Part shown: positions 52,250 through 64,000 of the stretch, one piece after another | Layout: every line of letters starts with the position of its first letter | How positions within the stretch are numbered: position 1 is the stretch's first letter | Assembly (NCBI RefSeq): GCF_036321535.1 | Contig: NC_087436.1 | Span: 13,268,001-13,332,000 of the forward strand | From: Camelus dromedarius | Lineage: Eukaryota | Reading direction: 5' to 3' | Length of the DNA stretch: 64,000 nucleotides | Translations under genes and position numbers: made by a program | Notes under the pieces: generated by a model | What the model saw: the letters and a program-made list of their open reading frames with translations, nothing else | The model's database searches: none | What the model was told of the DNA's origin: nothing

Positions 52250-53710
52250 GAGTCTAAAACGGAGCAGCTAAGGAAAAACGGGGATGCGACCTGTGCAGGT
52301 GCCCGCGGGAAGCTGGTCACTGCCCCGCGGTGGGGGACGGGCGTCTGCACTGACCTTGACCCGCAGGCAAGACGTGAGGGAGGTGGGGTCGAAAGGAAGC
52401 CTGAGGCGTTGGGGATTTGACACGTGGCTTCCTTCCCTTTGGAGGGGCCCGCACTCTCCTTTGCTCCATCCTCCCCTTTGTCTTTAGGTAAATTCTTCAA
52501 AATAATGGACTTCCTAATTCGATGATTCTATTCGGCTCTTTGAGAAACGTTGCAGAGGGGGGTCGATCGATCGCCACTCCTTGAAGGAGTGTGTGTGGCT
52601 GGGTCGGGCAGGTCGGGTGGTGCAGTAAGTAAGTAGCAAATGTTTAAGGACAGGGGTGAAGGTTTGGAATTCCTTCTGTCCAAAGTGTAAAATACTAGTA
52701 AGCAGAAGGCTTCTGGGGGCGCTACATGCCCAGCTGTTGTCGAGGCCGCTTGTGTGGAGTGGCTCCCATCTACCTGCAGGGCCGAGTGGCCTTCTCCAGC
52801 TGCCGGCTGCAGCCGGGGTATAAACAAGGAACACACACGCGCGATCAAGGCCAGGCTGGAGGGTCTGAGGGACACCGAGGCAAAAAAGCACGGGTGGTGG
52901 CAGGAGAGGGCTTGATTTCATGGGTCACATCCAGTCTGCCGAGGAGGGAAGCAGAGGCAGAAGGCGGCTGAAGGACAGAAAAATCCAGGGCTCAGGACGC
53001 TGAGGAACCTTCAGGAAGTCCCAACTCCGAGCGCATCTTTCTGGGGCCCTCTCTGAACAGAGTCACCCAAAGGCACCTGCAGAGCTCCAGGGGGTCTGCT
53101 CTGGGTGGGTCTGGCGCACACACAGGAGACCCCTCTCCGCCTCCACAGCCCACGCATTCTCGGCTTCAACTTGGTCCTCACACGGGGCTGAGGGGAGAGG
53201 CGGAGAGGAGACTAGGAGAGAGGGAAGGACAGAGCTCTGGAACACAGGACCAGGAAAGATGGTGCCAGGCAGCTTTCTTTTCTTCCCTCCGCTCCCCCTT
53301 CCTTTCCTTTCCTTTTCTTTTCCAGCTCCTTGATGGGTAATTATTTAGGAGGGAGAGTCAGAGACCCAGGAAGTCTGCCGCCCTCACCTTGCCGCCCATC
53401 AACCACAGCTCAGGCCGCAGGGCAGGGACCACGGAGGCCAGCGAGGCAGCAGGCCGGCCAACCTCGGCTCCCCCCACTTCTCTGCCCCGTCCCTCCCTCT
53501 GGGAAGAAGGGAAGCGGTGGACGGTGCCCCTGCTGCCTGCCCCACCTTCCGCACCCGCTGTCCTGGGCAGTGAAGGCTGACCACCCCACCCCCCCAACCC
53601 CGGTATCTGCAGCATCAACAAGCCCCTCCCACGGACGCAGTGACGTGTGACAAGGTGACGCAGTGACGCACGGTCTAATCAGGTTGCCGCCTGTCCGTGC
53701 CCCGCCTAAC
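52250..53710. promoter_or_regulatory. CpG island with TATA/forkhead-like element and TGACG cluster
   Basis: High CpG; TATAAACAA at 52819-52827; TGACG at 53641, 53656 and 53664. Confidence 0.7.
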
Positions 53711-53883
53711 ATGCTTTCCAGAGAGAAACAGAAACAAACCAGCCTTCTTTGTTTGTTTTTTTTTCTGTGTTAATTTTTGAGAACTGGCACATAGCACATC
53801 TGTAGATATTCTCAATAAAACGATTGTCTTCTATCAGGGACACTGGTTGAAACTGTCAGATGAGGTGAGAGAAAGAGTGGATT

Positions 53884-54594
53884 ATAGTCATCTCTTGGTA
53901 TCCACGGGGATTGATTCCAGGACCTGCTTTTCTTTCTTACTTTTTCTTTTTCTTTTTCTTTTTCTTTTTTTTTTTTAATTGAAGTTTAGTCAGTTACAGT
54001 GTGTCAATTTCTGGTGTACAGCACGATGTCCCAGTCATGCATATACATACATATATTCATTTTCATATTCTTTTTCATTAAAGATTATTACAAGATATTA
54101 AATATAATTCCCCATGCTATACAGAAATTTGTTTCTTTAATCTATTTTTATATATAGTGGCTAACATTTGCAAATCTCAGCACTATTTACAATAGCCAAG
54201 ACATGGAAGCAACCTAAATGTCCATCAACAGATGACTGGATAAAGAGGTTGTGGTATATTTATACAATGGAATACTACTCAGTGGTTAAAAAAAGAATAA
54301 GATCATCATCCTAAGTGAAGTAAGCCAGGACCTTCTCAGACACCAAAAGTCCATAGATGTTCAAGTCCCTTATATAAAATGGCTGTATTTGCCTATAACC
54401 TATGCACATCCTCCCGTACACTTGAAATCATCTCTAGGCTACTTGTAATTCCTAATACAATGTAAATGCTATATAAGTAGTTGCCCACATGGCAAATTCA
54501 AGATTTACTTTTTGGAAGTTTCTGGCTTTTTTTTTCCTGAATATTTTCATTGAATGGATAAATGTGGAATCCACAGATACAGAGGGACTGACTG
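53884..54594. mobile_element. Tigger-derived MER2-like element interrupted by L1
   Basis: AGTCATCTCTTGGTATCCACGGGGATTGATTCCAGGACC ... CAAGTCCCTTATATAAAATGG ... CCACAGATACAGAGGGACTGACTG (TIR-like ends). Confidence 0.85.
53926..54324 (-). mobile_element. Young L1 insertion with 5' inversion
   Basis: Antisense L1 3' end 53926-54179, sense L1 segment 54180-54324, TSD CCAGGACCT at 53917-53925 and 54325-54333. Confidence 0.9.
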
Positions 54595-55299
54595 TTCATA
54601 TATATACAATGTTTTCTTCCCATGAGGTGGTCAAGAAAAAGTATAAGGTTTCCAAGATGACACTAAGATTCATTCCCAAGGAAGAAAAGGTGAACAGTGA
54701 CATGACAATTAAGGTGGCATCTCTCAGCTCTCTTTGGCTGGCAGGGTCCACCTGGACCTGTATGACAGAGTGGAGTGAATCTGGACCTCCAAGAATCATA
54801 GCAGCTGCAACCAAATACACAACCATGGCCTTGGCCCCAAGACCTAGAGACAAAGAAAGGCAGAGACCTACCAGTGGTCAGTGCTGTCATAAGTGGGACT
54901 AGTGATGTCTCAGTGGACATTGTGAGGGACAGTGGAGGTTACTTACTGAAGGATAGAAGTCTGGGTCCAGACTCACTTCTGAATTCCAGGGGATCTGGGA
55001 TGTTCTTGGGGGTAGAGGTGGAGGTGAAGGCCAGGATAAATCACATGCTTTCTCACAAGTAACCAGCCAGCCTGGACTTGTGCTCAAGGCCCCTGGTCCC
55101 ATTCTAGAGGAAGATCTGACACAATTGCTGACCCCTACTTCCAACAACTTAATTCAAGTGAAATCAAGTTAAAATGAATATCAGGGACATCTTCAAGAAA
55201 AAATAGAAGGGATGGTGTAGAACATGGTAACAGTACTACCTCGGGATGAAGTAAGGGAGGGGTATTAACACCCCTGGTCCTACTAACTAAAGGCAAAGC

Positions 55300-55490
55300 C
55301 ACATTTAAATCATGGGTCCACCGCTTAATGACTGTGTGATCAAGTTATTCAACCTCTCTGAGACTCAGTTTCTTCATCTGTGAAATGGAAACAAATCTTA
55401 GAACTTACTTCAATGGGTTGTTGGGAGAATTAAGATAAGGTGCAGTGTCTGGCACTTATAAGAATTTGCATGAATGCAGGCTTTTATTAT
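55300..55490 (+). mobile_element. MIR
   Basis: CAAGTTATTCAACCTCTCTGAGACTCAGTTTCTTCATCTGTGAAATGG. Confidence 0.85.
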
Positions 55491-55872
55491 GTTTAATAGG
55501 CAGGATCCAGCATATTAGCCAGCTCCTACCCTCAGCAGCTTCTCTGCTGGGTGACTGTCCACAGTCAATTGTAGATTCACTCACATCAGTGGTCCTGGGG
55601 CCTCTCTCTTACCTACCATAGTGTAAGGATGGCTCCTTCTGACAGCCATCTCCATCTGTGGAGATCAAGCCCCTCTCATGCCGGTGCACAGGACTCCAAA
55701 CTTTCCAAGAGAGAGGTTGGTTGATTTTAGTAAAACAGGTCCTACTAAAAATAATCAGCCAACCTGATTGTAAGGCAAAGGCAAAGACTTGCCATCCAGG
55801 CTGGCAAATCCATGCCTGGTATTCGCAACCGCAGATTCTCTTTGGCCAGCACGTGTTTCCTGGGTGATAAAG

Positions 55873-56392
55873 TGTTTTGAGTCCAAACTCGTTCTGTTTG
55901 CCACACAACAGGCCAATAAATTGGGAGATGAGGTGTTGGAGCAAGGAATAATGACTTTATCAGAAAACTGGCAGACCGAGGAGATGGGAGACTAATGTCC
56001 TGGAGAACCATTTTCCCCCAAGTCAGAATTCAGGCTCCTTTTATACTACAAAGGGGAGGGAGAGTAGTTGGTTGTTGCAGACTTCTTGGTATCAAACTCC
56101 TTTGTTTTTGCAGCTGTCCGTGTAGGTCAGGTCATGGTGTCCCTCTAAACGTCCAGCAAGACAAATGTTATTTTCTATCTTGCAAGTTTTTATCTTTATA
56201 TGAATGGGAAAGTGTTAATATCTTTAAAGGACAAAGCTTTGAGAATGGGCTCTCCTGTCTATTTCAGGCTCTAGGCAACATTCTTTTACAAAAGCTGCAG
56301 AACCAGCATGACTGAGCACAGGAAACAGAGCCCCGGGTTAGAGCCAAAGGAACAGATCTAATATGGAATCAGATTTGTTCTTACCTATTACA
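55873..56392 (-). mobile_element. ERV1-type solo LTR (520 bp)
   Basis: TG...CA ends, exact 4-bp TSD AAAG (55869-55872, 56393-56396), minus-strand TATAAAA near 56039-56045. Confidence 0.85.
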
Positions 56393-56469
56393 AAAGCGAG
56401 ATCAAACCCTCAGAGGCTGAGATGTCATTTTAAAATGTGGGAGAGAATCTAGAATAAGCTGAAAGTTTT

Positions 56470-59400
56470 CTTTCTTTATTTGCACTTTAAGTTACCATTT
56501 ACATATGGTAAAATTCATCCTTTTTAGGTGTACAGTTCTGTGAATTTTGACAAATGTATACAGTCATGTAACCACCACCACAATCAAGATAACAAATAAT
56601 TCCATTATCCTTGAACCCTTTTGTAGTCAATCCCCTCCCACGACCATCAACTCCTAACAGTCACTGATCATTTCTATCATAATTTGCCTTTTCACAGAGT
56701 GTCATATCAATGGAATTAGACAGTAGGTAGCCATTTGTGTCTTTCTTCTTATGCTTATCATAATGCTTTTGAGATTCAAAAAAATTTCATTTTTCAAAAG
56801 CAGTTGCATTTATCAATAATTTGTTCCTTTTTATGGCTGAGTATTATTCTACTTTGTGGATGTTACTACAATTTGTGTAGTCATTCTCTAGTTGTTGAAC
56901 ACTCGAGTTGTTTCCAGAATTGGGGAAATGTGAACAAAGTTGATAAAAACATTCACGTACTGGTTTATATGATGATATATGTTTTCATTTCTCTTGGGTA
57001 AATATCTAGGAGTGGGGTTGCTGGGTAAAACAGAAGGTGTATCTAACTTAACAAGCTATTTATAAAGTAGCTGTAACATTTTACATTCGTATTAGTTACT
57101 CTGGTTCCTTGTCAGCACCTGGTATTATTGTTTGTTTTTTAATTTTAGCCATTCTAGTCAGTGTGAAATGGTATCCCATTATGTTTTTTATTGAGATATA
57201 GTTGATGTACAATATTATATAAGTTACAAGTATATCACACATTGAGTCACAATTTGTAAAGGTTATACACCATTTATAGTTGTCAAACATTGGCTGTATT
57301 CCTTGTGTTGTACAATATCTCTTTGTAGCTTATTTATTTTATATACAATAGTTTGTACCTCTTAATCCCATACCCCTGTCTGGCCCCTTCCCCCTTCTTG
57401 CTCCCCACTGGTAACCACTAATTTGTTCTCTATATCTGTGAATCTGTTTCCTTTTTTGTTATATTCACTGATTTGTTTGATATTTTAGATTTCACATATA
57501 AATGATGTCATACAGTATTTGTCTTTCTCTGTCTGACTTATTTCACTTACCATAATATCTTCCAAGTCCATCCATGTTGTTGCATTAGGCAAAATTTCAT
57601 TCTTTTTATGGCTGAATAGTATTCCATTGTATATGTGTTTATGTATATATATACACACACACATATATATACATGAATGTATATATATTCATGTATGTAT
57701 ACATGGATGAATGGACACTTAGGTTGCTTCCATATCTTGACAACTATAAATAATGCTGTTATGAAAATTGGGGTGCATGTATCTTTTCAAATGAGTGTTT
57801 TTGTTGTTTTTAGATATATACCCAGGAGTGGAATAGCTGAGTCATATCGTAGTTCTATTTTTATGTTTTTGAGAAACTGCCATACCGTTTTTTACAATAG
57901 ATGCACCAATTTACATTCCCACCAACAGTGTACGAGGGTTCTGTTTTCTCCACATCCTCACCGACATTTGTTATTTGTCGTCTTTTTGGTGATACCATTT
58001 TGATGACAGGCATGAGGTGATACCTCTGTGGTTTTGATTGCATTTCTCTCATGATTGATGATGCTGGGTATTTTTGATGTGCCTGCTGACCATCTGTATG
58101 TCTTCTGTGGAAAAAATGTCTGTTCAGGTCTTCTGCCAATGTTTTAATCAGGTTGTTTGTGTCTTTTGCTGTTGAGTTGTATAAGCTGTTTATATATTTT
58201 GGATATTAACTGCTTATCAGTCATACCATTAGCAAATATTTTCTCGCAGTCAGTTAGTTGTCTTTACATTTTGTTTATGGTTTCCTTTGCTGTGCAAAAG
58301 CTTTTAAGCCTGATTAGGTCCCATTTGTTTATTTTTGCTTTTATTTCCTTTGCTTTAGGAGACAGATCCAAAAAAACATTGCTATGATTTATGTCAAAGA
58401 GTGTTCTGCCTATGTTTTCTTCTAGAAGTTTTATGGATACTGGTCTTACATTTAGGTCTTTAATCCATTTTGAGTTTAGGTTTGTATATGGTGTAAGAAA
58501 AATGTTCTAATTTCATCCTTTTAAATGTCACTGTCCAGATTTCCCAGCACCACTTACTGAAGAGACTATCTTTTCTCCATTATATATTCTCACCTCTTTT
58601 GCCATATATTAATTGACCATAAGTGTGTGGGTTTATTTCTGGGCTCTCTTTTCTGTTCCATTGATCTATTTGACTGGGCCAGTACCACACTGTTTTGATG
58701 ACTGTAGCTTTGTAGTATAGTCTGAAGTCAGGGCACATGATTCCTCTAGCTCTGTTCTTCTTTCTCGAGATAGTTTTGGCTATTTGGGATCTTTTGCATT
58801 TCCATACAAATTTTAGAATTATTTATTCTAGTTCTGTGAAAAATGCCCTTGATATTTTGATAGGGATGATTTTTTTAATTTGTATTTTACTAATTACTAG
58901 TATTTTTAACATCTTTTCATATGCATATTTGCTTTTCATGTCACTTCTTTGGTAAAGTGTCTGTTTAAATCTTTTGTCCATTTTTTAAATATTGGATTGT
59001 TTCCTTTTCCAGGTTTGAGAGGTTTTTTAACAGATTCTGGTTACCAGTCTTCTTTCAGGTGTGTAGCTTGCACACTATTTCTTTCCATTCTCTTACTACT
59101 GGCTTTTAATAAACAGAAGTTTTTAATTTTTATAAAGCCCGACTTGTCAAAATTACCTTTTATCTTTTGTGTTTTTTTATTTCTCTATGGTTTGTATCCT
59201 ACCTAAAAAAACTTTGCCTAATTCAAAGTCACAAAGATTTTCTTCTATACATTTGTCTAGAGGTTTTATAGTTTTGCATTTTACATTAGTTCTATGATTC
59301 ATTTGAAGTTAATTTTGTAGATAATATAAGGTAATAGATCAAGGTTCCCTTTTTTCTTGAATATGGTTGCCCAATTTTCCTAGTATCATTTTCTAAAGGC

Positions 59401-60570
59401 TATCCTTTCCCCATTGAATTTTCTTTGTTTCTTTATCAAAAATCAATTTATCATACATGTGTAGATGTGTTTCTATATCCTATTGTGTTCTATTCAACTG
59501 TGTGTTTATATTTTCGCCCACACCACAGTCTTGATTATTGTTTCCTTATAGTAACTCAAATATTCTGAATCCAACAATTTTTCTTGGTCTCAGATCCTTT
59601 TTATTTTCCACATACACTTTAGAACAAACTAGTCTATTTCTATTTAAAAAAAAAAAAACTTGCTAAAACTTTGTTTGAGATAATATTGTATCTACAAATT
59701 GATCTGTGCAGAGAATTGACATCTTGACAACACTGAGTTATCCAATCTATGTATATGTCTCCATTTACTTAGGTCTTTTTGTACATATTTTTTAGATGTA
59801 TTCTTAAAAGTATTCTTTCACAATATGTGTTATTATTGTTGTTTGGGGTACTATTATAAATTATACTGTTGTTATTTCAATTCCTAATTATTTATTGCTA
59901 GTGTATAAAAGTACAATTGATTTTGGTATAAGGGATTTTTATCCTGCAATTTAATTAAATTCAATTATTGGATATAATAGCATTTTTCTAGATTGAGATT
60001 TTATATGTAAACAATTGTGTCGTCTGAGAATAAAGTAGTTTATTGCTTCTTTCCCAGTATGAATTCCTTTTATTTCCCTTTCTTGCCTTATTGCACTGAC
60101 TAGAACCTCCAGACAATGTCAAATAGGAGTGGTGGGGGCAGAATCCTTGCCTTGACAATCTTAGGGGGAAATTAGTCTTTTATCATTAAGTATGATGTTC
60201 AATTTTTCACAGATACCCTTTGTCAGGTCAAGGAAGTTTCTATTTCCTGTTTTCTGAGAATTTTTATCATGAGTAAATGCTGAATTTTGTTGCATGTTTT
60301 TTCTGCATCTAATCAAGTTGATGATATGGTTTTTCCTTTTCAGACTGTTGAATTACATTGCTTTCCAAACATCAAACCAACCTTGCATTCCTGAGAGAAA
60401 CCCCATTTAGTCATCATGTATTATCATTTTTATATATTATTGGATTCAGTTTACTACTTTTAAAAGGATTTTCATGTTTGTGAGAAATATTGGTCTGTAA
60501 TTTTCTCTTTTTATAATGTCTTTCTCTGGCTTTTGGCATTAGAGTAATGCTGGTTTCATATAATAAACCA
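56470..60570 (-). mobile_element. Old L1M element (ORF2 3' part and 3'UTR) with a younger L1 nested at ~57181-58866
   Basis: Continuous antisense L1 motifs; the old copy breaks at TGGTATCCCATT and resumes at TTTTAATTTGTATTTTACTAATTACTAG. Confidence 0.9.
57181..58866 (-). mobile_element. Younger L1 (ORF2 C-terminus and 3'UTR), nested
   Basis: Own T-rich tail at ~57184; minus ORF 57861-58139 shows L1 ORF2-like residues ([22 protein letters not shown]). Confidence 0.9.
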
Positions 60571-61076
60571 GGAGATTCAGTTCCAAGTGAATTTTCAGTA
60601 TGATCATAAATCAGAAGGAATTATAATGTCTGACCCTGAGCTGTTTGCTCTGCCTCCAGCTGGCTCTTAGTCACAGTTCTAGATTTGGAAGAACTTTCAT
60701 GTCTGGTAGATTTCTGCAATTGAAGGAAATGAGTGTTGATTTTCAAATAACCGTTAAGAGTCAAGAAAATAAAATGTCACAACTATGGGGATCTTTTCTT
60801 CTGAGTAACAAAAAGACTCTGTCATTTATACAATGGCAGGTATAATTCATTTACTGACCAAAGTGATTTTTGTCTAGGGTCCTTGGTTACCGTAACTAAG
60901 GATCATGGAAGAAGCAATACTGATTCAATGATTAGCAGTCTCCAAAACAGAAATTGAAACAAAATATCAATATGTCCATTAAATCTTCAGTTTGGGTATT
61001 TAGATGAGAGCATGCTTCCCCATGCTAAGGAAGTACACTTTGAAGACTCACATTTCTGTAGACAAGAATATAGATT

Positions 61077-61285
61077 AGTGCTGCCCAACAGGATTTTCTG
61101 TGACAATGGAAATGATCCCTATCTGTAATGTCCAGTAAGGTAGTCACTAGCTATATGTGGCTACCAAGCACTTGAAATGTAACTAGGGTGACTAGGAAAC
61201 TAAACTTTAATTTTACTTAATTTTTTAAACTTTAGATTTAAATAACCACATGTGGCTAGTGACTACCAAATTGGACAATCAACAA
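61077..61285. mobile_element. hAT-Charlie MITE (MER3-like)
   Basis: GTGCTGCCCAACAGG..ATGGAAATG..CACTAGCTATATGTGGCTA..GCACTTGAAATGT..CCACATGTGGCTAGTGACTACC..TTGGACA. Confidence 0.85.
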
Positions 61286-63209
61286 TAGAATGTCAGTTTT
61301 ATTTCTTGAAAAATTTTAGGAACAAAAGTTCTCATAAGGAAAGGGGAGGGGAAAGACTAAGGAACAAATTGTAAGGCTAGAGATAATAAGGTTTACTGAG
61401 CAAACTGCAGGTGAAATTTCCATCAGATTACAGACTGATGGAGTCTCTATGCTTCGTAAGTCAATTCTATTCTGATTTACTTGGGCATTTATTACCATCA
61501 TGCTGACAAAAGTATAAAGTTGACAATGGGTAGAACATTATTGTTTTTATGTGGAAATAGATGTTCTTATGGTGCTCTGTATTTTTATATTTGTACTCTC
61601 TGTGGGAAACATCACATTCTATTCAACATGGCTTCTCTGAGATTCCCACACATTGAAAAAATGTTTTGGCCCTTGAGGGTGGTAGCATGAATGTCTGAGC
61701 TTTATATCACTAATAGGAGATTCAAAAAGGAATCAGACTTCATTTTTGTGTTTTGGGTTTTGCTACTTAATTTCATTTTCTGCCTTTCCTTTTCTCTTTC
61801 TGTTTTCTTTCTTTCATATTTCTTTCTTAATAACTAAGACGGATAAGGGGAACAATTAAAAATAAATGGCATGCTTTGGAGTGGCATTGAGCTTGACTCC
61901 ATTTTTGTGCATTTCCCTCAAAGGACTTTTATGTTAAATCACTTACTTGCTATCAGAGATCCTCACAGTGAACACAACTTAGAGATTCATCAAAATGACA
62001 AAACTGAGAGTCTCCAGGGCAGGAAAAGGTCACCAGACTCTGTACAGCGCTTGACCTGTTTGAGTCCTTAACAAATGCTCTCGGGATGGGGATGCCTTTG
62101 TTCTCATCCGTTCTGGTGGAAATGATTTAGTGAATGCTCTGCACCTTTCTCTCCCTTCAATGCCACCCTTGACCCCTCACCCCCCACCCTTTCACATTAG
62201 ATCTTTTTGCTTCACTGGCCTTTCCGGATGAGGAAGAGTCTCACCAAATCAAGAATGCACCTTTTGAGAAGAGGTCAATTAGTCCTGGCGCGTAATGAGG
62301 ACTAAGCTGCTCTCTCCACTTTGACCATTGATTTAAACACTATTCACAGGCTCCAGGGTGCTCATGAGGCAACGCTCTGGGAACTGATGAGGGACTTCAT
62401 CCTCCATTCCCATAACCCATGCCCAGTCACCCCAGAGAATCAGCCACCAGCCACAGCTCCCTCCCATCCAGCTACATGGTAACCAAAACAAGCCCCTTCT
62501 GTGTACAGTTTCTGTAGCGTGTAATTGCCAACTGGTGAAAGAGAAGAATAGAAAGGAAATGTATTGAGGGAGCTCTGACAGAATTATCATAACAAGGGTT
62601 CTGAGGCCCCCACCCCACATGCCAGGAGGCATACTTTATGGCATGACCCATGCCTGCAGGCTGCCCAGTGCAGGAGCTGCTCCATTCAGAACCTGGCCCC
62701 TTCACTAATGCTTGTGTTTCCTAAAGCCATGGACTCTCAGAGTCAAGAGACCATGGAGAGCCTTTCTCAGCATGAGGTTTCCTTCTTCATATCCTCCCCA
62801 GGTGACCACCATGGAGACACCAACCACTATTTTCCTAGAATACATCCAGTTGAACCAAATAATTCATAAGCTATCCAACTTTCCTTGATTTTATCATTTC
62901 TGCCCAAAGCTAAATTTCTCTGGTCCTTTCAATTGTGTCTCATAAGGCATGATTTTAAGGTTATTCCCTGTCCTTGTTACTCCGATAGTCAAGGTCAGTA
63001 AGGACATTCAAGCTCAGCCACATCTTGTAGATGTCTTCATTGACCTCTATGTGTTTTATTTGAGTTTAGCAGAGTAGGGTCAGAGGTTTGTGAAGAGTCT
63101 TGAGGTAGAAGGTCAGGGGAAGGGGAAGCAGCATTGGGTTAGGGTGAGCATACCTGGAGACGGGAACAAGGTTTCTCACTGTGAAAGAACTTCAGTCTTA
63201 GAAATAATC

Positions 63210-63390
63210 GTATCAATCTTGAGCACCTATCAGGAAGTATATCCGGCATTTCACATACATTAATCCTTACAAGAAAGTCAACCGTGTGACTGTCACTTTG
63301 CAATGAAAGTATGAAGTTCATAGAGATTAAATGATTTGCCCAAGGTCATGTAGCTAATCAGTGGCAAAAAATGTATGACTCCAAAACTTC
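63210..63390 (-). mobile_element. MIR
   Basis: TTGAGCACCTA..AGAGATTAAATGATTTGCCCAAGGTCATGTAGCT. Confidence 0.7.
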
Positions 63391-64000
63391 TAACTTAGAA
63401 TAATTTCTCCTGGCCAATGCCACATCCTCAAATCATGCAAACTCTTAAGGTCCAGATGTTTTCTGTTTTGACCTTTCAGATCTGGCCATTCACTCCTCTT
63501 TGGTCTGATAATTCCGGGCTCAGCTCATTACCTACTATGGCCTTCAGTTCTTTCCTGATCCTTTCAGACGTCTTGCTCTGCACTTGGATATCTTCCTGAT
63601 ACCACAAACTAGTCAGAGTCCCTGGTTCTCCCCTTATTGTTCTGCGTGGACACACACTTGCACTCCCTTAAGAGAAAGGAAGATTCCAACCCCCTGAATC
63701 ACTGAATCCACGTGTTTCTTCCTGGCCAGTTCTGTGAAATGATACTCTCGGTGTTCAAAGAGGAAAGCTAGTTCTTTTGTTCTAGGGCTTCCAAATGCCA
63801 TTAGGTGAATTTTAAATTCTCCAAATGTGCTAAATGTTCACATTTTCCTTCTTTTTTTTTTCCTTTTGGTGGTGATCTTCCTCAAAGAATGCAGTGTCCT
63901 GTGGATGCTCCCTGATTGTCAGAAAGTGAAAGAAGGAATGGAACAAGCATCCAGTCATTTAAAGGCTCATTAAGCTGGCTTTCAGCTCATTCTCAAATGT

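Noticed and set aside
52706..52725. CTCF site ending GGGGGCGCTA
   Set aside because: The 5' half (GCTTCT) does not fit the CC(A/G)(C/G)(C/T)A core
57677..59206. ORFs with L1 ORF2-like peptides
   Set aside because: Frameshifted fragments of dead L1 copies, not host genes

Overview
Mammalian genomic DNA, most likely camelid. This is inferred from tRNA-Ala-derived SINEs and young L1 3' ends of the type I associate with camel/alpaca. No protein-coding gene, rRNA, functional tRNA or known miRNA was recognised. The supplied ORFs are repeat-derived, low-complexity or chance frames. The window is a mosaic of L1, L2, MIR, MaLR/ERV LTRs and DNA-transposon relics, with three orphan CpG-rich islands (~32.4-33.2, 47.3-48.2 and 52.2-53.7 kb). 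The most unusual element is an ERV1-type LTR (813-1365). It is followed by ~36-39 nt complementary to tRNA-His, twice a normal PBS, then no internal sequence, and it is flanked by a ~10-22 bp duplication. This fits an integrated plus-strand strong-stop DNA. The same LTR carries an ATG and a strong splice donor that can be chained by hand through four downstream GT-AG exons into an uninterrupted 197-aa ORF, a speculative LTR-driven de novo gene or lncRNA. There are also several recent template-switch structures: a 44-bp inverted duplication, an X-Z-Y-X-Y duplication and a twin-primed L1. Repeat subfamily names are from memory and need RepeatMasker/Dfam confirmation.
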